DNA from: Lama guanicoe
Taxonomy: Eukaryota
Direction: 5' to 3'
NCBI GenBank assembly: GCA_013239625.1
Contig: MU055609.1
Coordinates: 14,954,375-15,018,374, forward strand
Length of the DNA stretch: 64,000 nt
Under the pieces are notes generated by a model. The model searched no databases, had not been told where the DNA came from, and was given only the letters and a program-made list of their open reading frames with translations. A program made the position numbers and the translations under genes. Shown in pieces: positions 25,111 to 36,600 of the stretch. Positions within the stretch are counted from its first letter, which is position 1, and each line of letters starts with the position of its first letter.

Positions 25111-25916
25111 GCATGTAAGTGCAGCCGGAGTGCAGAGGAGGGGCGGGAGTACAAGGTGGCAGGGTCACTTCACTTGTGGGCCTCGTGAGGGGCTTTTACT
25201 TTCTCCTGAAGGGAGTGGGGAGCTACCGGAGGCTGTCACGCAGGAGTGATTCATTCTGCTTTGTGAGCCGTCTCCTCACAAGACTGAGCTGTCTGAAGGC
25301 TGTGTTGTTCCTCTGTGAACCCAGTTCTGCAGGAAGACACGTGATCATGTCCTTAGGAGCCCCCTGGCTGAGAGAAGACACATGGCAACCCATCTAAGGA
25401 AGGAAGGCCTGACCATCTCCCAGCAGCCCTTAGTCCAAGTAGGGAAGACAAGACTTGCCCTCAGGAACCCTGTTCTGAAAGGAAGACAGGGTTCACCCAA
25501 CTCTAGGTCTGCTTCACCTTGGGTGTCCTGAGTCCTTGGAGTCTGGGGGACTCAACTTGGGCCTGGCCACCTGACCCCCTGTGCTGCTGTGAGGACTATG
25601 AGAATGTGTCCGGGGCAACTGCATGACCTCTGTGGGCCCCTGAGGCCAGAGGCCCCAATGCTGGGGGAGACCGGGGCTGAGTCTTGCAGGGGCTGGGTCC
25701 TCAGCACCCTGCTCCCCTCAAGAGATGTCTGGATATTGCCTTCGTATCAGGACGCAGCCTATTTGGTGCTCAATCCATCCCTTACCATACCCTCAAAGGG
25801 CTGCCCCTTTACCATGTGATGGGAGAGCCCCTCCCCTGCCCCCGACCCAAAGCTGCCTGTGCCCCTTGCCTGGGCTGGGTGGGCCAGGCTGGGTGGAGCA
25901 GAAGTGGGTCAGCTCA

Positions 25917-25930
25917 GTAGCCATGGAAAC
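25917..25930. promoter_or_regulatory. RFX X-box-like site
   Basis: GTAGCCATGGAAAC in intron 1. Confidence 0.4.
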
Positions 25931-27837
25931 AGCAGCTGCTCCCTGCCAGCCTTCTCATGTCCTCACTACAAACCTCATGATGAGATCCTTTGTCCAAATT
26001 GTGGGGATGGAAGCCAGGAGGGTGAGATTGGGGGCCAGAGTGTGTATGAATGTGTGTGTGCAAGCTCACGCAAGTGCCTGCTCAGAGCTGGTGTGGGTGC
26101 CTGGCCAAGGGACCGCACAGATCTGAGTAAGACATTTCCTGCCTTCCTGCCCACTGAAGGGATGGGGCTCTTTCTGTCTCTCTGAGCTGGACAGAGGCCA
26201 GGGTGTGTGAGTGTGTGTGGGTGTGAGTCTGCGAACGCCTGTGACTGTCAGTGTGGCTGCTTCTGTGTGCTTTTGTGTGGGTGAGTGTCTCGGGGATTTG
26301 TGCATATCTGTGTACACATGTGATCATGTCTTTGTGTATCATTTGTGTGGATCTTCATGGTGTGTGATCACACATTTGAAATTCGATACCCCGTGTCTCT
26401 CCTTGTGTGTAGTGAGTGTGCGAGCCTGGTTTGGGGGAGACAAAAGTCACACAACCAGGAGAGCTGGCAAAGTGCTCCCAACTCAGGCTGAGTGTGCTCC
26501 CTAGGCCCAGAGGGAGCTGCACCACACACTGGCCCTGTCACCCACCTGCTTCTCCCTGAGCAGGGAGAGGAAAGGCTAGAAACAAGGGAACCCCTTCCCA
26601 GTGGATGCAGGTAAAAAATACATCTTACTTTATGAGCTAGTTCTCATTAGTTGTTGAGGCAGCACTGTGTTAAGAGGGATTCTGAGGTTAAGTCTGGCCT
26701 CTGACCTGAGCACAGATTGGCACTGGTGATGTGGTGGGCAGCTCTGGTGCTGGATGAAGGTTGGGCAGGGGTCTCAAATGCCAGATCCAACATCCACTGA
26801 GGGGTGAGGAGCTGAGATGCTGGCAAAGAAGAGCACAGCCTCACATGCCAGCTCCCACCTCAACTGAGAAGTGCAGGGACCCAGATCCCACACTGATCCT
26901 GGGCTCTCGGGGGAAGCACTCAGGGCTGGAGTGGGAGGTGATCCTCTTGGCCTTCCCGTGAAGTGGTTGCACCTGGCGTGCAATCTAGACTAATGAGCAC
27001 TAACACATGTGAAGTCCTTTCCCGTTTACAAAGGCACATTATGAATAGTAATAATATAATTGCCCAGCTGAGCATTTAGCATGTACCAATCCTTATGTTT
27101 GCAATATTTCATCTAAGAATCCTAAAGCAGGTATTATTATCTCCACTTTAGGGATGAGCAGCTGTAGGCTCAGGGCGTTTGTTAAGGAAATTGCCCTGCG
27201 TCATACAGCTTGTAAGTGGCAGATCTAGGTTTTGAACTAAGTCTGTCTGCCTCCAAAGCCTGTGCTTTTAATCACTGTGTTTTCCTGCTGCTTGTTATCT
27301 CCTCTGATCCCCAGTCCAGGCTGGAGAGCCGGGTTGGGTCCAGGTGGTATGTAGACTCCTTTTATAGAAGAAGAGATGGAGGTTCAGAGATGCTGAATGA
27401 CCTTCTCAGGTTTACACGCTGGGGGTGGACCCAGAAGTTGGAAAGGTGGACCCACCCCCTGACAGCCCCTCCACACACACACAATCCTGACTGCTGGTCG
27501 TGTCACAGTGTCTGGGGAGGGACATAAACCCCCTTGGTCAGGAAGAGGACAGAGGAAGGAAAAATAGGGTCTGAAGCTCCTTAGCAGTTGGACCTGGATG
27601 AGTCCATTGGCTTCAGCACCAGCAATTTGACATTAAAGTGCTTAAAGGCAGATTAGGGGGACCCAGGAGTTCGGACAGTTTTACAAAGGAGGAAACAGCA
27701 TCAGAGAGTTTAAATGATTTGCCCAAGGTCACACAACTATCTCCAAAGTCTATCTTTTTACTCCATGAGCTACTGGAAGCCCTGGAGGACAAATGTCTTC
27801 TCTAGCCCTTCCCCTAAGCTCCCCTCTTTCCTTCCAG

Positions 27838-28016
27838 ACTCTTATCACATCACTTCTTCCTGGGATCTACCCTGATTGTCTTCACCTCCTTCCTTCTTGA
27901 AAACTGGTGTCTCAGCAGAAGTTAACAGAAGGCTTGTGTAAATGCCCTAAGGGCGTGCTGTTGGGAGGGGTACAGCCCCCTGTGATGGGAACACCACGCT
28001 CAGATTCATCAGTTTG
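27838..28016 (+). other. RIMS3: Probable RIMS3 non-coding exon 2 (179 nt)
   Basis: Branch-like CCCTAAG, pyrimidine tract ctcccctctttccttccAG| and consensus donor TTTG|GTGAGT. Position ~5.4 kb before the first coding exon fits the recalled 8-exon structure with two 5' non-coding exons. Confidence 0.7.
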
Positions 28017-30739
28017 GTGAGTTTGGGTTTTCTTCCAGATGAGAGCTGGGGAGGAAGCACCTGACAGGTGATGTGGGACCTGGGAGTTAGGAGTCTTGGG
28101 TTGGAGCTCTGGTTTTGTCAGCAACTTTCTGTGTGGCCCTGGGTGTGTCTCTTTCCCATTCTGAGCCTTGATTTCCTCCTCTGCAAAATAAAAGGCTCAG
28201 GTTGGAATAGGGAAGCAAATCAGTTTTACCCCATGAGCTGGTTCTAATCAGTTGCTGATGCAGCTCTGTGTTAAGAGGGATTCTAAGGTTAAAAAATCTG
28301 GCCCCAATGAGAGAATGAGATGGATTAGTGATGTCTGCTGTGGATGGAGGATAGGAAGGGATGGTAAGAACCTTAATAATTTGCCGTCCCTTCCAGCCTA
28401 ACAGTCCATCACCCTATGACATTCCTTGGTCATTTCTGTTGAAGGGATGAGTAGCTAGATTCATCTTGGGCTTTTGATTAGTCTCACTGACTCTCAATAA
28501 AAGGTTCATTACTTGGTTAGATACATGTTCAAAGGGACCACAGGGCCCAGGGTGGCCAGGCAGAGCCCAGAGTCCTGCTGTTGTCAGGATCCAGGAGAGG
28601 GTTTGGGGAGCCCTTAGGGTACTGAGATCCCAGAGTAGAGGCCAAACACTGAGGGCCAGAAAGAAAACACTAGGCTCTTTCCTCGGGGAGCTCAGAAGGT
28701 ACCTGTGGCATGGAGCTTGGCAGGAGTGGGGACCAGCAGCCTTCCTCTTTGGAGGGCTTGTCCAAGCTGCAGCCATAGATGCTACTGTAGCAATAGATAG
28801 GAGTCAGCAGGGAGAGCTGCAGGATGAGGTTCCTGTGACCCAGCCAAATCATGGAGGGTTTTCTTCTGCCGGGAGCCATGACCTGGGCTGGGAAAGGGAC
28901 AGTCTGCTCAGAGGCAGGGAATTGTTGAGGTGACTTTCGTAGAAATTCATTTAGCAGTCCTGTAGAACCACCAGTATATGAAGTGCTGTGTTCTGTGTCC
29001 TGCCAGCCTCTCACCATTCGGCTCCCATCTCTGCCTGCAGCCCCTTTCCCACCCCTGTGGTCTGATGGCTCGAGGTAGGGGCTTGTTGTGAGTAGAACAT
29101 CCCTTCTTATAGGGGCCAGGTGGTCAGCTCTGGCTGGCTCTCCATCTTGCCCCTCTTGAGCTAGACTTGCTGCCTACTGGAGCCCTAGTTCTGAGCCTGC
29201 TGCTGCAGTCTGTGTTTGTGCCCTGCTCTCCCAGTCAGAAGGACTTTAGAGGTCCCCTCATCTGACCCCTTCACTTGACACACAGATGAGGAACCAAGGC
29301 TCAGAGACAGTCACACAGAAAAATCTGTGTACAATCTAACCCCACCTCCTGATGCTGAACTCTCCCAGGCTGCCCTACCCAGGGCTTGGGACCAGGCCCT
29401 AAGACCCTGGGTCCAGTTCTTTGGGTCTGACTCCTCCTGTCCCCGTGGGAGTGGCCTGCCTGGCTGGACCCCCTCCCAGGCCCCCTGGGTGATCCCCAGG
29501 TGGTTAAAGATGAGAACGTGGCCCTGAAAGGCACAGAGTCCTGGATGTCAAACCATCTGCTTGTCAGTTCCATCCATTATTCATGAGGAAACATGAGCCC
29601 TGGGGTTGGCAGGGTCAGGAATCTTGTCCCTTGCCCTCTTCCCTTCTCTCCCCCTGGGAGCAGTGTTCTTGAGCTTCCTGTCGGCGGCACCAGAGAAGCA
29701 CTTGCTTCTCCAGCTGTGGTCTGAGTGGCGTCTCTGCCGCCCCTCAGTGCTCACGCCGGCCGTGGGAACCTGGGCCAGAGGCGGTTTACTCACCGTGGCT
29801 ACTTTGCTTGCAGTTTTCTCAAAGAGCTCAGAGACCCAGGGCAAAGCCTGAGCGGGAGGGATGGGCCCCCCTCTTTGGGTGAGCTCTGGGTTGAAGGGGT
29901 GGGGGCTGCTGAGTGTGTCTGTCTCTTTGTGGAAACAGGAGTCCAGGCCTGGCCACTTCTTAGCTGAGTAGGATGGGTGAGACCTTGACTTCTCCGAGAC
30001 TCGGTTTTCTCATCTGTGACACAGAGATAACAACACACCTAACAGAAATACTTTAAGGAGAAAGTTAGTCTTACTCCATAGCCAGTTCAAGGTATCAGAT
30101 AAGCCCTCTCCCACCGTTCACCGGAAGACCATGCAGATACCCACAGAACACACCAACTGGTGCTAGAATTGGAAACTAAAGAGGTCATCATAGGCCCAGG
30201 TCCGGAGGGACTTTCCATTGGCTGCGAGGTTGATGGGGGATGGATGGAGAAATATGATCTGAGACTCTGCACACGTCACAGGGCCAGTGAGAACAGCCCA
30301 GACAGCCGCAAAGAAGGCAAGACTCGGCTTTGACTCATCTCTGCTGTCAGCCCACATTTGCCAGGTCGGCGGGAGCCATGCTGACCGGGAGCCCAGGCAG
30401 CCATTCTCAGCTATCTGGGGACTGTCTTCCTGATCAGCTGGAGTGGTGCCTTCCCTTCCCACCCCTATTTCCCCTCCCCTTTCTGTGTCCTTCTGAAAAG
30501 TCAGATTCCCTCAGGGTGACAGGGTCCTGAGGCCTGGGATGAGGAGTTGCCTTGGGGAAAACACTGGGGGCCAGGACAGAGCTGGGAAGGGCCAGGCACA
30601 AAGCCTGCCCACAGCGGATCTTTCTGGTACTCTGCCTGGGCTTCGGGCTTCCAGCCAAGTTGTAGAGGCCAACAGCAGGAGATCCCACCTCTGCAAAACA
30701 CAGAGCCATAGGCACCTGCTGTCCCGTTCCCCTAGAGTG

Positions 30740-31213
30740 GCACCCGGTGCTGCCAACCTGGCTTCTTGGACTCTTTAATCAAAATAAATTGATAAGAAGC
30801 CAGATGAGGAATTCAGGCAAGGCTTATTGGGACTCCTGCTGCAGCCTGAGGGAGGGAGACAAGTAACAGGTTCCCTTGTTCACTGCCTGCTTGGGGGCAA
30901 GCTGGCCCCTTAAGTGGGGTGAAGGTAGGGACAGATCCACGAGTTGAGTCAGAGGGATGGCTTAGGTGGTCTGCCCACCCCTTGGTGGTGCTGTATACAG
31001 AGATCATGCACAGTGCCCTGCTTTTACTCCCCGACACCTCAAAAGTGGCAGTTGGATTTTTGGTCTTTCTGTATCTTGTTCATAATTTGCCCCAACTGTG
31101 CATGCATGTAGTTATTTTTAGTCCCTTAGAGTTTCTTTTTTTTCTGTTGTTCCAGGAGACATTTGTCCAGGGCAAGCACTGCAGCAAAGGGTCCCAGATC
31201 CCAGCCTGTCACA
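30740..31213 (-). mobile_element. Probable solo LTR (ERV1-like) in intron 2; left end approximate
   Basis: Minus strand starts TGTGACAGGCTGGGATCTGGGACCCTTTGCTGCAG (resembles cetartiodactyl LTRs from memory); ATTAAA near the far end; no clean TSD. Confidence 0.55.
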
Positions 31214-33434
31214 CGAGCACCCTCTGTCCTCTTCTCTAGCACTGGTCGGAACTGCCATTAAATATTTAATTGCATAATTAGTTTTTCACTGTTTCTCCTC
31301 CTGGTGGACTGCAGGCTCTGGGAGGGCAGGATGAAGTCAGCCTGGCTCACTACTATATCGTTGGCACTCAGCATAGGCCTTGGAATTTTAGGGGCTTACA
31401 TTTTTTTTAATTTTTTCTTAATTTTATACTCAGAGGAAAAAATATTTTTCCAATGTTTATTATTAAATAAAATGATGACCCTTAGCATGAATATAAGTAA
31501 TAGTTAAAACTTGGGATCACTTGTGGTGATCATTTTGTAATGTAAAGAACTATCAAATCACTGTGTTGTATACCCGGATCTAACATAGTGTTGGAGGTCA
31601 TTTATACTTCAGTTTTGAAAAATGAATGGATAAAGTTTTTTAATTGCTTTGATTATTTTAGGACAGAATCTTGCCAGTTTCTATAAGAAAGTCTTTTAGA
31701 ATATTGATTGGGATTGCACTGAATCTATAGATCAATTTAGGGATAGCTGACTTTTGTTTTTGTTTTTCAATCTTTTTTATTGAAATATAGTTGATGTACA
31801 GTATTATATAAGTTACAGATCTACAGTGTGGTAATTCACAATTTTTAAAGGTTATACTCCATTTATAGTTATTATACAGTATCAGCTGTATTCCCTTTAA
31901 ATATTTGTTGAATGAAGGATTAGAGAGTAAATTTGTATACTTTGGAAAGGAACTTAGCAATATGTTCCAAGAATCAGAAAAATGTTTATGCCCTCGGTAT
32001 TAGGCAGGATGCTTTTGGATGTAACAGAGAACCCTGATTCAAACTTCTTAAGCAATGGAAAACACATTGCCTCATGTAACTGGAAGGCCAGAGAAGGCTG
32101 GCTGCAGGGTGGCCTGAGTTCCCTTCTGTTTCTGTGCCGTTCTGCCCTCAGCAGCACTGGTTTCATCCTAGGCTAGGCCCTTTGTTGGGAGAGGGGTGAG
32201 GAAGGGAAGACAGAGATAGAGGGAGAGACACCCACCGCTCTTGTAAGCATGGAGTCCACATCTTCCCCTTAAGTCACATTGGGCCAACTTAGTCATATGC
32301 CTAACCTTGGACCAGTAAGAGTTACCAAGGTGAATGCCATTCACTGGTTTAAACAAATCAGGACCTGCCTCTAGAACAAAGGATGAGGTGGTACCTGGAC
32401 AAAACCAGCACTCTGTCAGGAAGCAGGCTCCGGGGAGAAGGCTAGCAGCAGTATTCACACTCACTAGCCCAGCCTCTCCATTTCTAGGAGTCAATCCTAA
32501 GGAAATAAGCAGATAAAAATCAGTGTAGAAAGATATTTATTGCAGCATTGTTTAAAAGACAGGAGAGAGAGGAGAAAGTTAGATTTACCTAAGGGGTAAC
32601 TATTGAAATATTTAAGTCAATTATACTGCCTCCATACAATGGAACATTATGGTACCTTTAAACATTTCTGCAAAGGGTTAATGATGTTGGGAAATTCTTG
32701 TGATATAGCATTAAAGCAAAAATACCAGGATATAAAATTGTATTTGCAGTACAAGTTCAGTTATTTTTTTAATGTGTAGAAAAGAGACTGGGAGGAAATA
32801 GGTTAAAATGCCTAGAGTGGCTGCCTCTTGGCAGTGCAATTAAGGGTGATTTTTCTTGCTTCTGTACGCTTTTCTGTCCCACCCCCTTCAAGCAGGAAGA
32901 CCCCTTCCACAGTCTGTTCAGGCTGGAGCTAGTTTTGTTCTCCCTGTTCTCATTATTGGCTATGCAAACAGCAGTCACACTTACTGAATACTTACTCTGT
33001 GCCTACACTGTTCTAGGCAGTCCCACCTGCACTATCTAACTTACTCTTTACAACAATCCCATGAGGTAAGTGCTTTTATTTCTCATTTTGCTGAGGTGGT
33101 CACTGAAACCCCAAGATATTCAGTCTTGAAGTCACACGGTGAGTGTGGAGAGGCCTTTGGAATTCAAGAGTGGGTCACATGGCTGCCCAGCCTCCATCTT
33201 CACTGCTAAACCAGGTCACTTGTCCGGCAGCCATGTGCTAATGAGAATAGTCAGTCCTGTTCATTGAGCCAGACTCTCTGCACACCCTCAACATTGATTT
33301 GTTCATTTAATCCTCACCACCTCAGAGAGGCTGAGCGCCTTCCCCAAAGTCACACAGCTAGGAAGCGGTGGGGCCGCGGTAGAGTGGCCTGGGGTCTGAT
33401 GTAGGACCCCTTTGTCTCTCCCCCTCCCCCACAG

Positions 33435-33682
33435 GGTTGCCTGAAGCCCTGCCGCCCCGTGGACCATGTTTAACGGGGAGCCAGGTCCAGACTCGGCTGC
33501 GGCCTCCAGGAACGTGGTGCGGAGCTCCAGCATCAGCGGCGAAATCTGCGGATCCCAGCAGGCTGGGGACGGGACCGGGACCACCACTGCCAAGAAGCGG
33601 CGCAGCAGCCTTGGGGCCAAGATGGTGGCCATCGTGGGCCTAACCCAGTGGAGCAAGAGCACACTTCAGCTCCCACAAGCTG
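33435..33682 (+). CDS. RIMS3: RIMS3 exon 3 (first coding exon; 5'UTR 33435-33465, ATG 33466)
   Basis: Acceptor ctccccctcccccacAG|G, Kozak gaccATGt, donor G|GTGAGG; encodes MFNGEPG...STLQLPQA. Confidence 0.95.
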
Positions 33683-36600
33683 GTGAGGAGCATGGGGCAC
33701 CCAGACTGGGGTGGGGCACCTCGCAGTGACAGGGCACCAGGGACTGTCCTTGTGGGTATGCTCCCCCACGCCCACAACACTTATGTTGCACTTACCGCAT
33801 ACCAGGTGCCATTCTGGGTCCAGTCTGTGTCCTAACTCACTGAATCCTCATGTAACTCTTTGAGGCAGGTACTGAAGCACAGAGAAGAGAAGCAAGATGC
33901 CCCAAACTACACACCTGAAAGTGGTGGGATCTGAGTTCAAACTCCAGCAGTTAGGCTTCTGAGTTCATGCTCCCAATCTTTATACTCTGCTGCCTTTATG
34001 CACAGGCTTACACACTAATTAGCAATTATTCAGTAAACCACCATCGTGTTCCTGGCACTGTCCTTAGGTGACACCACAACTGCATAGACGCACATACCCA
34101 CAAGATTCAGTCTCACCTGTAATCTCCAAGTTTCCTAAGGACAAATAGCCACACACGTGTTACAAAGCCACAAGAGAGACATATACACATAAAGACACAT
34201 GTCTTGCACGGTCATGTAAATAGCATGCTCGGTTGCTCTGGAAAGCTACCCCTGCTGCCAGGAGAGCACAGGACATTAGTTCACGCTGCACACGGTCACA
34301 TATAAAACCAGTAATGCAAACCATACATAGTCCTCTGAATACAGATACTCAGACTCAGGTCACAGAAGCACAGTTACATGCACACTCAATGGCCTGTGGT
34401 GACAGAAACATGTCACACATACGCATGCACATACCTCACAAGCCACATTCACACACTACCCTAACAGCTACAGCCTGGTAAATACATTATACTTTCTCAG
34501 ACAGCTGGTTATAGAATCACAGACTGGTGGGTGACCCATCTGGTCACACACAGTCTCACCTGGAGCTCACATCACAGAGAAGCCAGCCTTCCCCACCAAG
34601 ACCTGCTCACTTCGTGGCATCAGCCCAGACACCAGCTGGTTTTGTTTTAAAATCTCTTCCTGCTTATTTCGCTCAGAGTAACAACTTCCCTAAGAAACCT
34701 TCAAATAGGCAGCTGGATGGGGGTGGTGAGGGGGTGGGGGCGCCGGAGGATCCGGGGAGAAAGCTCATCAAGACTCCCAGTTGGGGTGGGGGTGGGGGAC
34801 ATTTCCAGGCCTTAAAATAGATTTTTACAAAGCCCTCCACAGGAGCATGTGGGATGGTCTTTTCCAGCAGTCAAGCTGTGATGTGGTTTCTGGCTCAGAG
34901 AAATGCTAGATGGGGAGGGGGCTTGAGATTATTAGTGCCCCAGGGTGAGCACGGCTTCTGTGAATATGCTAGACACTAGGGCATCAGGGCGATGGGATCT
35001 GGGAATCCAGGAGTTGGGCTGGGACAGAACCAAGTTGGTAGGACTAAGATTAGGAGGATGGAGGAGGTGTTAGGCCCCAGGAGTCTGGCTCCAGGAAACC
35101 AAGCTCTGCTGATCTCTGGCTGAATTGGCTGATTCAGCTTTAGATCCAAAGTGTTCTTCAGAGCCAAATGATTTGGAGAGACAATCTTCCAAGGCCAGGG
35201 CAGGTGCCTGAGTCACTGGGAGACATTTCAGTGGTCTGCCTGGGACTGTCCACCTATCTAAACTCTACAGTCAGCAGGCAGGGATTGGAGCAGACACCGG
35301 GATGACCTCCAGCCTTGAGGGGAGATGAATGATGATGGGGCTTCTGGATCACTTGTCTGTGTGGTGTGCAAGGGCACAGCTGATGGCCTGGGTCCTGAGC
35401 CAGGGGAATGCCCCCTGCCCTTTTAACCAAAGGTCGTTATGAATCATCCAGTTGCCAAATGTCAGAGCAAAAAGGGGCCCTGGAGATCATCTGGTCTGCT
35501 GTACTCATTTTATCAATGAGGCATCAGAGCCTGGAGAGGAGAGGGCAGTTTTTTGGAGAAGGGCTTCAAATTGGCCTTCGGAGATACACCCTGTCATTTA
35601 CTAGCTGGGTGACTCAGGCAAGTAACTTCACCTCTCTGAGCCTGTGTCCTTGTTTGTAGAATAAGGACAATGAAACATGCCTTGCCAAGTTGGCAAGCAG
35701 AGTGAATGAGATAGGATAGGCAAAGACACCCAGCCTCGTGCACATAGTAGACACTTGGTAAACTGTCAGTGTTATTATTACCAGTGGTCACACAGTAGGG
35801 CCAGAAAAGAAGTGACTTTTTTGGCCTCCACAGCTCTGCCCCTTTCTTGTAGCATACTCCTCTCCCATCTATAATTCCTTATCCCCATTTTTCTCTCCCA
35901 GGCCTTGAGGCTGCCCATGTCCCTGCTTAGAGCTCCTTCCTGCGTGGGAGAGTCTGGCGCCAAGGGAATGTATGGGGCTGACTCACTGTGGGCATTGGCC
36001 TTAGAAACTCTTCTGGGAAAAGATCCTAGCAGGGTGACCCTGCTGCCCTTGGTGGCATAGCTCAGGCCCCTGCAGGGCAGGGCTGTAAGAAGTGGGGGAG
36101 GAGCTCCTCTCCTGGACCCAGTCTTCTGGGCTTTGAATCTGCCCTTCCCAGGGGCCTCCATGCCCTACATTGGCTTGGGCCCCACCCATCCCCTCCTCTT
36201 TGTTTCAAAGCCTGGTCTATTGCACAGCCTCCTCTCTAGTTCCCCTGCCTCCTCCCTGCCCTTTCCACTTATTCCTCACGTCGCCCTGAAGTGGTCTTCC
36301 AAAAACTCACCCTGAAGCTTTAGAGGACTAGTCTTGGCTCTAGCTCCTCATGGCACCTTGGGAAAGTCACTTTCCCACTGGGCCTCAGTTTCCTCTTCTG
36401 TAAAATGGAAACTACAAGGTTATCTCACAACTTCCTCCTAGATCTAACATTCTTTAAGTTGTGGAAGCAGTGAGGAAGTTGGGGTCAGAACTCTGGGCTC
36501 CCAGGACACAGGTGGGTTCTGGCATGGCCTTAGGCTGGGTCCATACAGGGCTGTCCTGGGCTGTCCCGGCCCCTGCCCAAATGGAGCAACTCTTTTCAGT

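Noticed and set aside
31500-31900. Tail-to-tail L1 3' fragments as a possible dsRNA/ADAR hairpin
   Set aside because: The pieces are short and appear to be different subfamilies with limited complementarity
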